Counted from the first letter of the stretch, positions 9,298-20,708 are shown. The stretch: 64,000 bases of DNA from an uncultured Poribacteria bacterium (GCA_958296135.2 CATQHZ020000001.1:96001-160000), one strand, 5' to 3'. Notes: generated by a model from the letters alone, not told the origin. A program made the numbers and translations.

Positions 9298-11538
9298 CTA
9301 TTGAACGCTTTGCACCAATACGAACGACTTTGGCACGACATCGTAATGCGAAAACTCTAACGTGAACGCACCGCGGCCCTGTGTCATAGAACGGAGTGAC
9401 GTTGTGTATTGGAACGTTTCTGACAACGGAATCAGGGCTTTGATAATGGTGACTGTCTCCTGACGCATCCCACTCTCATGAATCTGGGCGCGGCGGGCAT
9501 TCAGGTCACCGATGACTTTGCCGACATGCGCGTCTGGGACAGTGACATGTATCTGCATGATGGGTTCGAGAAGCAACGGGTTCGCCTTTCTCACCGCATT
9601 TTCAAAAGCGAGGACAGCGGCCGCTTCATACGCTATTTCTGAGGAATCTGTCGGATGCATAGAACCCCCGGTGAGCGTTACCTTGATGTCCTGCAGTGCG
9701 TATCCGATGAGCGCGCCTGTCCCCATCGCGCGGCGGAGCGCATGCTGAATAGATGGAATATAGTGGCGCGGTATATGAGTCTCGTCCGTGGTATCCGCAA
9801 ACTGAAAACCCGCGCCGCGTGCCAGCGGCTCCACGGTGAGAGTGACATCTCCGTAGATGCCTTCCTCGTCTGTCTTATGAATGTGTGTGCCGCGTGCTTC
9901 CGCCGCACTGCCGATGGTCTCCCGATACGCCACCTGCAATTGGCTCACCCGCGCGTTCACGCCGAATTCGCGCAGCATCCGGTCTGTCAAGATTTCCAAG
10001 TGGAGTTCACCCATCCCAGAGATGATGCGTTGTCCCGTCTCTTTGTCGATACCGACAGTGAACGTCGGGTCTTCGTCCATCAATTTCTGGAGTGTTTCCT
10101 CTAGCGCGTCTGCATCGCTAGCGCGTTCCGGTTCAATCGCAATGGAAATGACCGGGGGTGGAAAGTCGATGGAGGCGAGCAGGATAGGATGCGCCGGTTC
10201 TGTCAACGTATCCCCTGTTTTCGTATGCTTCAGGCCCACGAGCGCGACAATGTCGCCTGCGTAAGCGGCATCGCGCACCGCCTCTTTATTGGCGTGCATC
10301 TGGAGGATGCGGTTTATCCGTTCCCGTTTTCCGGTGCTGACGTTCATAACGACTTCGCCGCGTCTGAGCGTGCCTGAATAGACGCGGCAGTATACCAATT
10401 TATCGACGGTGGGGTGGCTTACCACCTTAAACGCTAGCGCAGAAAAAGGTGCTTCGTCGTTCGCCATGCGTTCGGCTTTTTCGTCGTTCGCGAGGCGTTC
10501 GGCTTTTTCGTCGTTCGCGAGGCGTTCGGCGTGCATCTCTGGTGGTGCGACAGTTGTCTTACCAGGGCCGTCATCAACGTTGTTGATGACTAGGTTTTGG
10601 ATGCTATTTTGGTACGGTAGGGCATCGGGGATTGTCCCTTGAATGGGGGGCACGTCAAGAGGCGATGGCAGAAAATTTATCACTGCATCCAGCAGCGGCT
10701 GAACGCCGACATTTTTCAAGGCACTGCCGCACAGCACTGGCACTAACGTTCCGTTCAGCGTCGCAGTGCGGATGCCCCCCACTAATTCTGCGCATGTGAG
10801 TTCCTCACCGGCGAAATATTTTTCCAGCAGCGCGTCATCTTCGGCGGCGACGCTTTCACAGAGGTTCTCCCGCGCGCGGGCGATTTGCTCGCGTGTCGGT
10901 AGCGCAGGCGACTCGCCCCCATGCTCACTCAGCTGCCAAAGTTCAACTTCACGATAGGTTTGCCCGAAGTCTTCCGAGTTCCAGTAGAGTGCCTTCTGTG
11001 TGAGAAGATCGGTGATGCCGACGAAGGTGTTTCCTTCACCGATAGGCAACTGAAGGGGCAGTGGGTTTGCGCCAAGCCGTTCATGCATCATCGCGAGGGT
11101 GCGGGCGAAATTCGCGCCGACTCTATCCATCTTATTGACGAATGCGATACGCGGGACACCGTAGCGTTCCGCCTGATGCCAGATAGTCTCGGACTGTGGC
11201 TCCACGCCACCGACAGCACAGAAGAGCGCGATGGCACCATCTAAAACGCGCAGCGAACGTTCGACTTCTACCGTGAAATCGACGTGTCCGGGGGTATCGA
11301 TGAGATGCAGCGCGCAGTTGTGCCAGAAACAGGTAGTTGCAGCAGCGGTGATAGTCACGCCGCGCTCGCGCTCCTGCACCATCCAATCCATCTCGGCGGT
11401 GCCATCGTCTACCGTGCCGATTTTATGTTTCTTGCCGGTAGTGTAGAGGATACGTTCGGTGACTGTCGTCTTGCCAGCATCGATGTGCGCGGCAATGCCA
11501 ATGTTACGAACGTGCTGAATCGAAGTATCACGTGCCAT
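9298..11538 (-). CDS. fusA: Elongation factor G paralogue (outside the str operon)
   Basis: [58 protein letters not shown]; 746 aa. Confidence 0.93.
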   Translation of the reverse strand: MARDTSIQHVRNIGIAAHIDAGKTTVTERILYTTGKKHKIGTVDDGTAEMDWMVQERERGVTITAAATTCFWHNCALHLIDTPGHVDFTVEVERSLRVLDGAIALFCAVGGVEPQSETIWHQAERYGVPRIAFVNKMDRVGANFARTLAMMHERLGANPLPLQLPIGEGNTFVGITDLLTQKALYWNSEDFGQTYREVELWQLSEHGGESPALPTREQIARARENLCESVAAEDDALLEKYFAGEELTCAELVGGIRTATLNGTLVPVLCGSALKNVGVQPLLDAVINFLPSPLDVPPIQGTIPDALPYQNSIQNLVINNVDDGPGKTTVAPPEMHAERLANDEKAERLANDEKAERMANDEAPFSALAFKVVSHPTVDKLVYCRVYSGTLRRGEVVMNVSTGKRERINRILQMHANKEAVRDAAYAGDIVALVGLKHTKTGDTLTEPAHPILLASIDFPPPVISIAIEPERASDADALEETLQKLMDEDPTFTVGIDKETGQRIISGMGELHLEILTDRMLREFGVNARVSQLQVAYRETIGSAAEARGTHIHKTDEEGIYGDVTLTVEPLARGAGFQFADTTDETHIPRHYIPSIQHALRRAMGTGALIGYALQDIKVTLTGGSMHPTDSSEIAYEAAAVLAFENAVRKANPLLLEPIMQIHVTVPDAHVGKVIGDLNARRAQIHESGMRQETVTIIKALIPLSETFQYTTSLRSMTQGRGAFTLEFSHYDVVPKSFVLVQSVQ
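10455..10530 (-). repeat. In-frame 27-bp tandem repeat x3 inside fusA (AERLANDEK)
   Basis: Protein reads [27 protein letters not shown]. Confidence 0.9.
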
Positions 11539-11659
11539 TTTTCTCTATTGGCGCAAAGCGTTCGGCAAAGGGGGGAATTGCCTTTACGTTTCAGCTGCGC
11601 TGAGGCCTCCTTAACTAGGTTTCTTTGGTGTCTGCATTTCGCATTGGAAAGGATTTGGC

Positions 11660-12679
11660 TTATCCGTGAGAAGAACTCCATTGGAGAACCACGCCGAGCA
11701 GCCCAGGATTCCATGCCATGAGCAGTTGATACGCCTTCGGTGCTTCCTCACCGCGCACGCGGTGCGTGATAAGCGGCGCGACGGTGAACCGTTTCTGTGC
11801 AATGAGCGAGAGCATGAGTCTGCTGTCGTCTTCAAGCGTCCAGAAGTGCGGAGATGTCTCGTGGCGGGGCCTGATGGAATTGTGCGCGCCATACAGTATC
11901 AACCCCTTTTTATGCACATCTCGGTAGAAGTTGACGTTCGGCGTTTCGCCACGCGTGCTTGCGAGGATGACAACGCGCGCGCCCCATCCCGCTACGTCTA
12001 ACGCGGTGCTGATGGCATCCGGATGCCCCGTCGCTTCAATGACAACCGCCGGGCCGGCACCGTTCGTCACAGCAGCTAATTGCTCAGTGAAGTCGGCATC
12101 TTCAGGGTTGAGTGTGCAATCGGCACCGATACGTTTGGAGGTGCCAAGGCGGCTGTCTGTCAAATCTGCCGCGATGGCTGGCACTGCGCCGCTCAGTTTG
12201 GCCAGCTGTAGCGCGAGCAACCCGACGAGGCCTTGTCCAAGCACCAACGTGGGTTCGCCGAGTTCAATTCGCGCCTTCCGCACGCCTTGCAAAGCAATCG
12301 CGCCGAGATTAAAGAAGACAGCTTCATCGCCAGGCACGTCGGGCGTTTTGGAATCAGACGATGCTAATCTCAGCAGGCGAGCCGGTGTCGTAACGAAGTG
12401 GCTGGTGTGTCCGCCTGTGGAGGCGACGCGCTCGCCGACTTCACACGCGGTGACAGCTTTCCCCACCGCGATAACCTTGCCGATATTGCTGTAGCCGGGG
12501 CGCGAGGGGAACCCACCTCGGGTATTCGGCAGGCCCAATAAAAACGCGCGTTCGGTGCCGGGGCTGATGAGAGTGCATTCGGTTTCAACAAGCACTTCGT
12601 CATCGCCGATGGCGGGTATCTCAAATTCTTCAATGTCGACTTTGGCCTGTTCTGGCCAAATAACCCGTTTTCCTCTCAT
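11660..12679 (-). CDS. MDR-superfamily (zinc-type alcohol) dehydrogenase
   Basis: LISPGTE, PGYS..G.V, GxGxxG (GQGLVG), VVIEATG. Confidence 0.88.
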   Translation of the reverse strand: MRGKRVIWPEQAKVDIEEFEIPAIGDDEVLVETECTLISPGTERAFLLGLPNTRGGFPSRPGYSNIGKVIAVGKAVTACEVGERVASTGGHTSHFVTTPARLLRLASSDSKTPDVPGDEAVFFNLGAIALQGVRKARIELGEPTLVLGQGLVGLLALQLAKLSGAVPAIAADLTDSRLGTSKRIGADCTLNPEDADFTEQLAAVTNGAGPAVVIEATGHPDAISTALDVAGWGARVVILASTRGETPNVNFYRDVHKKGLILYGAHNSIRPRHETSPHFWTLEDDSRLMLSLIAQKRFTVAPLITHRVRGEEAPKAYQLLMAWNPGLLGVVLQWSSSHG

Positions 12680-12774
12680 ATTTTTTCTTTCCTGTATCGC
12701 GCAATGCGCTCGGGGCTAGCTCCGGTAGGCGCGCTTTGAAAGCGCGCCTACCGGGTTTGTTCTGCGGCCGTAAA

Positions 12775-14331
12775 TTACCGGTCTGCTAGTTCCAGATTGA
12801 GGGTAACGTAACCGGTTCCCTGTCCGTTCGGCGATTTGACGTAGAGAAGGATGCGCTTTTCCTCACTCACTTCCAGCCGTCGCACCAGGGCGGAATACGT
12901 TTCTAGCGTGTCAATTGGCGTGTATTCCATTTCTTGGATGAGGGCTCCGGGAGTGATGCCCTTCTTCTCTGCATCGCTGCCCTTCGCGACGTGCATGACG
13001 ATTACGCCCGTTTCACTGGATGAATAACCGTATCGTTCGGCGAGTGCGGGAGTCAGTGCTTGGACATGAAGCCCGGCAAAACCGGTGTGTTGCATGTCGT
13101 CAGATTCCGCAAAAGCCTCTCGTTGTGCGTCCAGTTTTGTGATGACTGCCTCGGTCCGCTTTCCCAATGTGACGGTGAACTGTTTTTCCTCGCCGCCCTT
13201 CCGCAGGACTTTCACCGCCACAGACTTCCCGACAGGCGTTGCGCCGACAGCATGCATAAGATGATTCATGTCGCGTATGGCTTGCCCATCAAATTCAATG
13301 AGGACATCGGCGCGGCGCAAACCTGCTTTTGCCGCAGGGCTACCTCGGCCGACTGCCGCGATGAACGCACCGCGTGGGGCATCAAACTTGAGTTTCTTTG
13401 CTAAATCTTTATCAACATCTCTCATCGAGATGCCGAGCCAGCCGCGTTCAACTTTGCCGTCTTTGATCAGTTGTGGCAAGATGTCTTTTGCGGTGTTACT
13501 GGGAATGGCAAATCCGATGCCGATGTTCCCGGTAGTGAAGCCGCCGGTGGCGATTAACGTATTAATGCCGACAAGTTCGCCGCGGATGTTAATGAGCGCA
13601 CCGCCGCTGTTACCGCGGTTAATCGGGGCATCCGTCTGTATGAACCGCCCGTATTGAATGCTACGGAAGCCATCGCGCCCCTTCGCGCTGACAATGCCGC
13701 GCGTCACAGTTTGCGAGAATTCCAGCGGTGTCCCAATTGCGATAACCCACTCGCCGACTTCAAGGACATCCGAATCACCGAACGGAAGAACCGGCAGCCC
13801 CTCCGCATCGATTTTTAGCACAGCCAAATCGGTGCCACTCACGGTGTTACCGGCCGGGTCGCGCCCGATGAGTTTCGCGGCATATTCGCTACCGTCTTCC
13901 AGCGTCACCGTTATCTCATCGGCACCCTCAATAACATGATTATTGGTGAGAATGTATCCATCTTCACTGACGATTACGCCGGAACCAAGGCCGCGTTGAC
14001 GGTGGCGGCGTTCTTCCTCATCGCGCGGCAGAGGGCCATCAAAATAGAACCGAAACCAGTCCGACGCGCGGATATCTATCTCTTTACTCGTCTGAATTTT
14101 GACAACGGCCGGACGCGTCTGCTGCACTAACGCAATAAACGCCCGGTTCGCGCGTGCCAATGCCTGAAAATCGTCTGAATTTTGAAACGTTTCGTGGGTT
14201 TGCCCGATAGCGATTGGCACCGAGAAGTCCTCGCCCCCCCGGTTGATGAAGAACCCCGAAACAGCGATAAGCCCGACGAAAATGAGAAGGAACCCCACAC
14301 GTTTCTGCAGGGCGGTTTTGGGTTTGAACAT
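12775..14331 (-). CDS. HtrA/DegP-family serine protease with two PDZ domains
   Basis: GLGSGVIV, LTNNHVI, TDLAVLKI, IQTDAPINRGNSGGAL, GWLGI; start chosen at ATG 14331 after GGAGG. Confidence 0.93.
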   Translation of the reverse strand: MFKPKTALQKRVGFLLIFVGLIAVSGFFINRGGEDFSVPIAIGQTHETFQNSDDFQALARANRAFIALVQQTRPAVVKIQTSKEIDIRASDWFRFYFDGPLPRDEEERRHRQRGLGSGVIVSEDGYILTNNHVIEGADEITVTLEDGSEYAAKLIGRDPAGNTVSGTDLAVLKIDAEGLPVLPFGDSDVLEVGEWVIAIGTPLEFSQTVTRGIVSAKGRDGFRSIQYGRFIQTDAPINRGNSGGALINIRGELVGINTLIATGGFTTGNIGIGFAIPSNTAKDILPQLIKDGKVERGWLGISMRDVDKDLAKKLKFDAPRGAFIAAVGRGSPAAKAGLRRADVLIEFDGQAIRDMNHLMHAVGATPVGKSVAVKVLRKGGEEKQFTVTLGKRTEAVITKLDAQREAFAESDDMQHTGFAGLHVQALTPALAERYGYSSSETGVIVMHVAKGSDAEKKGITPGALIQEMEYTPIDTLETYSALVRRLEVSEEKRILLYVKSPNGQGTGYVTLNLELADR

Positions 14332-14658
14332 GAAAGTTAACCTCCGTTTCAAATTTGGTTTTTGGTATTTACGCTTTAAAAACACACCTATCCCGCCATA
14401 AAGTTCCCAAAAAATTAGCAGTCCTGAAAATGAGTGGAAAAGCCTTGATTCCGACAATTGACAATTATTCGCGCACCCTTCACTCTCTCCCGTAGTGCGC
14501 GTTCCTGTGCTCGCAATTCTGTCTCTCTCACGCTCGTAGCGCGAGGTCTTGTGCCTCGCGATGCCTTGCGCGTCTCCAGGTTTTCTTCAACCGTCTTTTC
14601 CCGTAGCGCGAGGTCTTGTGCCTCGCGATGCCTCGCGTGTCTCAAGGGCGATGGCCTT

Positions 14659-15027
14659 TTACCGGGCCGAAGGCTTCGCGCCTATACGGGAAATCCGTTT
14701 GACGTGTTCGCTGACGACAGGTGCCGGACACATCCGAATGAATAGCCACGCACCCGGCACCAGAATAACAAAGGTACCGATGAGAAGATCATCGATGTGG
14801 CCGAAGATTGGCAGAAAATCGAAATCGAGCGGATTCACGAAATAGGCAATGGCGAAGGCTACCGCGAGGAGCTCCGCTAGCAACAGAATCGCCTTCCGAT
14901 AGATAGGCACGCGCTCGTCACCGAACAGCCGCCACGTCAACCGGATGAAATTCGGAAAATGGAGTAAGATGCGTAACAGGCGGAAACGCCCTCGGCTGTC
15001 CCCGCGAAAGAAAAAAGGGTTCATCAT
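14659..15027 (-). CDS. YkvA/DUF1232-family membrane protein
   Basis: YFVNPLDFDFLPIFGHIDD motif. Confidence 0.8.
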   Translation of the reverse strand: MMNPFFFRGDSRGRFRLLRILLHFPNFIRLTWRLFGDERVPIYRKAILLLAELLAVAFAIAYFVNPLDFDFLPIFGHIDDLLIGTFVILVPGAWLFIRMCPAPVVSEHVKRISRIGAKPSAR

Positions 15028-15293
15028 GGTTTCTTATGTTGATATTTCCTATACCGTAGGGCGAAGGTCCTGTCCCTCGCCAGCCACCTATCAAAAGTAT
15101 ACCAAAAATCTCCTTTCTATGCAACTTATTTTTTCTCTTGACATCTCGCGGAATTTTAGGTAAATTGTCAAGATGGACGCAAATGTCATCATTCTCCACC
15201 GGTAGGTGCGGTTTTTAACCGCACCTACCGGGTTAGGTCTGCGTCAATCCTATTGTTTGCAAAGCCTATATTTCACAGAGAGGGACACAACTC

Positions 15294-16058
15294 ATGACAA
15301 CACAAATTGCAGCGCAACTCTATACGGTTCGCGACTTCACCAAAACCGAGGTGGGCATTGCCGAAACGATCAAAAAGGTGCGGCGGCTCGGCTACGAGGC
15401 AGTGCAATGCTCCGCGCTCGGCCCGATTTCACCGGCGGCACTGAAAACCATCGTCGATGGCGAAGGCATCACTATCTGTGCAACGCATACCGACTACGCC
15501 CGGATGCGCGACGAACCGCAAGCCGTCATTGACGAGCACCAATTGTGGGGATGCAAACACGCCGCTATCGGCGGTATCCCCGGCGAGTATCGCAATGCCG
15601 AAGGGTTTGCGACGTTCGCGAAGGAAGCATCCGAAGTCGCCGCACGCCTCGCTGAAGGCGGCATCACCTTTTCCTATCACAACCACAGTTTTGAGCTCGA
15701 ACGCTTTGACGGCCGCACCGGCCTGGACATCCTCTACGAAGAAAGCGACCCGGCCTATTTCCACAGCGAACTCGATACCTACTGGATCCAGCACGGCGGC
15801 GGAGACCCGGCCGCGTGGATTCGGAAGTTAAAAGGCCGCGCCGCTATCCTCCATGTCAAGGACATGGCGATGCAGGGCTCCACCCAACGCTTCGCCGAAG
15901 TCGGCGAAGGCAACCTCAACTGGCCCGCCATTTTGGAGGCTTGCACGGAGGCAGGCGTCGCATGGTATATCGTCGAGCAAGATGCGTGCTACGAACGCGA
16001 CCCCTTTGAAAGCCTCGGCATCAGCCTGCGGAACATGCAGGCGATGGGACTTGCGTAA
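15294..16058 (+). CDS. Sugar phosphate isomerase/epimerase (xylose isomerase-like TIM barrel)
   Basis: QLYTVRD, YHNHSFE, ELDTYW, LHVKD, EVGEG.L.W, YIVEQD. Confidence 0.9.
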   Translation: MTTQIAAQLYTVRDFTKTEVGIAETIKKVRRLGYEAVQCSALGPISPAALKTIVDGEGITICATHTDYARMRDEPQAVIDEHQLWGCKHAAIGGIPGEYRNAEGFATFAKEASEVAARLAEGGITFSYHNHSFELERFDGRTGLDILYEESDPAYFHSELDTYWIQHGGGDPAAWIRKLKGRAAILHVKDMAMQGSTQRFAEVGEGNLNWPAILEACTEAGVAWYIVEQDACYERDPFESLGISLRNMQAMGLA

Positions 16059-16487
16059 CCTTATATTCTGTTTTTGATGTCAAACGCCATCAGTCGCCAC
16101 CGGGTCGACATCTGGACAGACTAGATAGGCTCATTTCTCGCAGGACCGTAACGTGACGGGTACCGACTACCGCATTGACGCGGCGCGCTCGGTATAGTTC
16201 GGGCTCGCCTGAGCCCGAACAGATCTGGTTTCCCTACAGAAACGAGACGAATCAGATTAATTCAGTTATTTTTTCTTGCTAATAAAACTTTTTTAGTCCA
16301 TAATGGTTACATGAAATTTCAGTCAATAAACGGCTAAATTTTGTCTGCTTGAAACGGGCGGATAGAGACATCCGCCCTTACAATTCAGCACGACAGTAGC
16401 ACAGCTGCCGCAGGGTTCCGCCGAGAAAAGCCCGAATTCATACTGAAACTTCATAAAACCATTTTGAGTGAAAGGGAGCCTGTAGAA

Positions 16488-19400
16488 ATGCTAAAGCGCG
16501 CAAGTCTATGCAGCAGCATGCGAACCATTGCAGGGAACCTGTTGTTGCTGCCCCTCTTGATGATGGTAGGTTGCACAACATTGTCAACCGATCCCCCCGC
16601 CGATGTCCCCTTTGAGGATTTGCGTTCTGGGACGCGCACCGGCAAGAGGTGGCCGGTGGAACGGACGCTCGTCAGTAACGAAGTCAACTGTATTGCTGCA
16701 GACGCACACAATGTATGGATTGCAACAGAAGCCGGGGTGTCGCGCTGGAGACGCAACCAAGGAAAGTGGGACCACTATACCATGGAAGATGGACTCGCAA
16801 ACGATGCCGTGAATGCTGTCGCAATTGATGGACATTGGGTCTGGTTCGCCACAGATGAAGGCGTCAGCCGCTACGAACCCCAAACGAACACCTTTTCCAC
16901 ATTCCGAAGCCTGGATGGATTAGCCAGCGACCAGGTATCCTCCATCGCTGTAGATGGGAACTACGTCTGGTTTGGCACATCCAACGGGCTCAACCGTTAT
17001 GACAAAACCATTGACAGCTGGGCAGTGCGAACCCGGAAAGATGGACTCGTCAGCAAGGTGATTACCACGATTGCTGTTGAACCAGAATACGTCTGGGTAG
17101 GAACAGATAAGGAAATAAACCCAGACCCGCATGGATGGGATGAAGACCCGAGGTTCAGCAAAGGCGGCGTGAGCCGATACCATCGAGACACCGATTCATG
17201 GAATAACTATACCAAATCAGATGGACTCATTGACACGCAGATCGCCACCATCGCAGTGGACGAAGAGAGTGTTTGGTTTGGTACCCAAAATGCCGGGGTC
17301 ACACAATACAATCAGGTCGACCAGACCTTCATCAAGACATATACCAAAACCGATCTGCTCAAAAGCAATAGAATCACGTCGATTCGCGCAGATGGGTTCC
17401 AGGTATGGTTTGGCACCGCCAATGCAGGCGTTCACCGTTTTATCAAGCCTGTCAACACCTGGGTCCATTACACCGAAGTGGATGGGCTTTCAAGCAATCA
17501 TGTCAGTTGGATTACCACACAAGGCAACGATGTCTGGTTTGGCAGCAAAGAAGATGGCGTGAGCCGATTTGATAAAGTCAGCGGGGAGTGGACGATTTAC
17601 AAGCAAGCCGATTTTCTCGCCGATAACGATGTCCGGGATATCGCGCGGGATGCAGATGGAAACCTCTGGGTGGCAACTGTCTCCGGAATTTCAAAATATG
17701 AACCCCAAACGCGCACCTGGGAAGTCATCTCCAGAGAAGATGGCCTCCCGACCCCCTATGTTATGTCGATACAGGTGCATCCACAATCGACGGACGCACG
17801 AATCTGGATTGGGACAGACCGCGGGCTTGGCTCACGCGCGCACCTGGGCGGCGAGTGGGCATTTAACACACCCCCTCAAGCCCTAACGCATGGTGAAGCC
17901 TTTGTGACAGCACTTGATGCGGATGCGGATGCCGAGGTGCTCTGGCTCGGCACGAGCTTGGGGCCAGCGATGTATAACATGACTTCTCAAGAATGGACGC
18001 AGTTGGATATACCGATGGAACGGAATCGCGACCTGGGACTTGTGCCTACCGGGGAGTCGGGCCCCGAGGCCTTGCCTACTCTCCAGGGGCAGGAGACTCC
18101 GCCAAATCCGCTCGTCTTATCTGTCCTTGCTCGCGATGGGAGTGTCTGGTTTGGTGGAGCAAGTGGGATTTGGCGATATGCAATTGCGGAGAAAAAGGGG
18201 TATCAGGTCTCCTCTGAGGGCCTGCCGCACGCCTTCGTGAATGTCCTGCTTGCCACAGAGAACACGCTTTGGGCAGGAACGCGGCAGGGCCTCGCACGAT
18301 ATGACAGTGCCCAGCAGAGGTGGATACCCCTGCCGTTCAATCAACAATTGCCCTCGCCCAACGTCACCGCGCTCGCTTTTCAGCCAGCGGACACATCCGC
18401 CGGCCGCGAGGGAACCCTCTGGATAGGCACCCCGCGTGGGCTCGGAAGCTATACCATTGATTCCGAGTCTTGGCGCAAGCACTCAGACGTGTCGGCCAAC
18501 ATTCGCGACATCCTGTGGGATGAGGCGGACACACTCTGGTTAGCTACCGCCATCGGGCTTGTTGAATATCGGACGCTAGCTGGCGAACAGGTGCTTCATC
18601 AATCCCGACCTGTGCGGAAGCCGTTACTTGAAACAAAGGTGTCACATATCAAATTTGATGGCGATTACATCTGGTTCAATAACTGGAGCTCTTCACCGAA
18701 TGGCGGCATTTTACGCTTTCATCGCCCCACCGAAACATGGCGACGTTTCACGCGCATGGATATTCTCCAGTCCACTCAGAAAAAAGCCATAACCCTCATC
18801 CGTTGGATCCATGTGGATACAGACGCAGTCTGGTTTACCACAGACTTAGGCGTCCTCCGCTACCATAAAAAGACGGATACCTGGAAACATTGGACGGTAG
18901 AAGATGGACTCTCTACGAACGATGTTGACAAGATTGCCGTGAGTGCACACAGCGTCTGGGTAATTCCAATGATAGGTGTCGAATTGAACCAGTATAAAAA
19001 GGCAGCCGGAACATGGAACGTGGTCGCGCCTAAAAGCGACGCTCAGATTGAACGGTTAAACGCGCTAGGCGTTGATGGCCCCGAAGTCTGGTTCGGTTCA
19101 GGGCGCGGCCTTCACCGTTACAATGAATTCACAGCGGAATGGCGCGATTTCACACCCAAAGACGGACTCGCAGGAAGAGGGGCCGAGTGGATTACCGTAG
19201 ATGACGATTTTGTCTGGGTAGCGCGCTCGGAATGGGACAGAGGCAGCAACCGCCCGTTATCGCGATATGATAAAAAAGCAAAAAAGTGGACGACGTTTTC
19301 AACCAATGACGTGCTAGCCGCGAGAACTATTAGACAGATTATTGCAACAGAACACGATGTGTGGATACTCTACAGACCCTGGGATAACGCCGGTGTCACC

Positions 19401-20708
19401 CGATACGACAGGCGCACAGCAGAGTGGACCACGATTAAGTCCGGCCGCGGGACCACCGAGCTAGCCACAGACGAAGATTATCTCTGGTTAGCTGCCCCCA
19501 ATGAAGGCCTCAGGCGATTTCATTTCTCCTCAGGCACATGGACATCCTTTAAAGATATTGAGGGCCTGTTGCATAACCATGTAAATGAATATGGACTCGC
19601 AGTCGATGAAGACTTTGTATGGGTAGGAACATGGCACGGGCTCTCACGTTATGATAAACAGAAGGAATCCTGGATGCCTTACACCGCCCTGCCAACTGTC
19701 GCCGGACGCACCATCCGGACAGTGGATACAGACGAACGTTTCGTGTGGGTAGGCACCGACAATGGGATGTCTCGCTATGATAAAAACTTAGGCACTTGGA
19801 AGAATTATCAGCAGAAGGGCGGCTCCGAGGAAATAGCCACACACGGCGGCCATTGGCACCGCTACCGCCCAAAATCTCGCGACACGCTCTCCGATAACGC
19901 CGTCAATGCTATTGTCGTTGATGAACAATACGTCTGGATAGGCACACGCGATGGAGCAAATCGCTTTGATAAACTCGCACTCCGATGGGACGGATACAAA
20001 ACCGAACATGGACTGCCTGACAATAATGTCACCTCTGTCAGCAGCGATGGCACTAACATTTGGGTAGGAACCAACGCCGGCATAGGCAAATATCCACGCA
20101 CCGCCGATGACCTTAACGCTTGGATCGGTTACACATCTGGCACGGAAATCCAGCCATCAGCTGTCTCCAAGGAGTTCGCGGAATCCTTGGTTACCGATGA
20201 AATCTGGTGCATCGCGACTAGCAAAAAAAATGTCTGGGTAGGCACGCGGCGCGGCGTAAGTCTATACGACATCGGAAGAGACACCTGGCGGACAATCACC
20301 ACAGCAGATGGACTCGCAAGCAACGAAGTGAGTTGTATCGCCATTGATGGCAACCGGGTCTGGTTTGGAAGTGACCGCGGTGTAACGGTTTACAATGAGA
20401 AGACAGCCGCGTGGGTTTCCTACACGACGCAAGATGGACTCGCCAGCAACCGAGTCACCACTATCGGAGTTGATGGCACAGAAGTGTGGATCGGGACATA
20501 CAATGCAGGAGTGAGCCGGTTCGATCAGCTGACGCAGCACTGGACGACTTACACTCGAAAAGAGGGATTGGCTCATAACGGCATCCTTTCTATGGCGATA
20601 GGCAGAACCTACGTTTGGTTCGGCACCTATCGGGGGTTGAGCCGCCTTGAGAAACGCACAGGCATCTGGACGACTTTCACAGAAGCCTACGGTCCTGAAG
20701 ATCTTTGA
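16488..20708 (+). CDS. Large multi-beta-propeller putative lipoprotein (two-component-regulator-type propeller repeats, no signalling domain)
   Basis: More than 25 repeats of DGL.(S/N)..V..I..DG..VW.GT..G.SRYD; lipobox-like LMMVGC; start could be 16488 or 16518. Confidence 0.85.
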   Translation: MLKRASLCSSMRTIAGNLLLLPLLMMVGCTTLSTDPPADVPFEDLRSGTRTGKRWPVERTLVSNEVNCIAADAHNVWIATEAGVSRWRRNQGKWDHYTMEDGLANDAVNAVAIDGHWVWFATDEGVSRYEPQTNTFSTFRSLDGLASDQVSSIAVDGNYVWFGTSNGLNRYDKTIDSWAVRTRKDGLVSKVITTIAVEPEYVWVGTDKEINPDPHGWDEDPRFSKGGVSRYHRDTDSWNNYTKSDGLIDTQIATIAVDEESVWFGTQNAGVTQYNQVDQTFIKTYTKTDLLKSNRITSIRADGFQVWFGTANAGVHRFIKPVNTWVHYTEVDGLSSNHVSWITTQGNDVWFGSKEDGVSRFDKVSGEWTIYKQADFLADNDVRDIARDADGNLWVATVSGISKYEPQTRTWEVISREDGLPTPYVMSIQVHPQSTDARIWIGTDRGLGSRAHLGGEWAFNTPPQALTHGEAFVTALDADADAEVLWLGTSLGPAMYNMTSQEWTQLDIPMERNRDLGLVPTGESGPEALPTLQGQETPPNPLVLSVLARDGSVWFGGASGIWRYAIAEKKGYQVSSEGLPHAFVNVLLATENTLWAGTRQGLARYDSAQQRWIPLPFNQQLPSPNVTALAFQPADTSAGREGTLWIGTPRGLGSYTIDSESWRKHSDVSANIRDILWDEADTLWLATAIGLVEYRTLAGEQVLHQSRPVRKPLLETKVSHIKFDGDYIWFNNWSSSPNGGILRFHRPTETWRRFTRMDILQSTQKKAITLIRWIHVDTDAVWFTTDLGVLRYHKKTDTWKHWTVEDGLSTNDVDKIAVSAHSVWVIPMIGVELNQYKKAAGTWNVVAPKSDAQIERLNALGVDGPEVWFGSGRGLHRYNEFTAEWRDFTPKDGLAGRGAEWITVDDDFVWVARSEWDRGSNRPLSRYDKKAKKWTTFSTNDVLAARTIRQIIATEHDVWILYRPWDNAGVTRYDRRTAEWTTIKSGRGTTELATDEDYLWLAAPNEGLRRFHFSSGTWTSFKDIEGLLHNHVNEYGLAVDEDFVWVGTWHGLSRYDKQKESWMPYTALPTVAGRTIRTVDTDERFVWVGTDNGMSRYDKNLGTWKNYQQKGGSEEIATHGGHWHRYRPKSRDTLSDNAVNAIVVDEQYVWIGTRDGANRFDKLALRWDGYKTEHGLPDNNVTSVSSDGTNIWVGTNAGIGKYPRTADDLNAWIGYTSGTEIQPSAVSKEFAESLVTDEIWCIATSKKNVWVGTRRGVSLYDIGRDTWRTITTADGLASNEVSCIAIDGNRVWFGSDRGVTVYNEKTAAWVSYTTQDGLASNRVTTIGVDGTEVWIGTYNAGVSRFDQLTQHWTTYTRKEGLAHNGILSMAIGRTYVWFGTYRGLSRLEKRTGIWTTFTEAYGPEDL

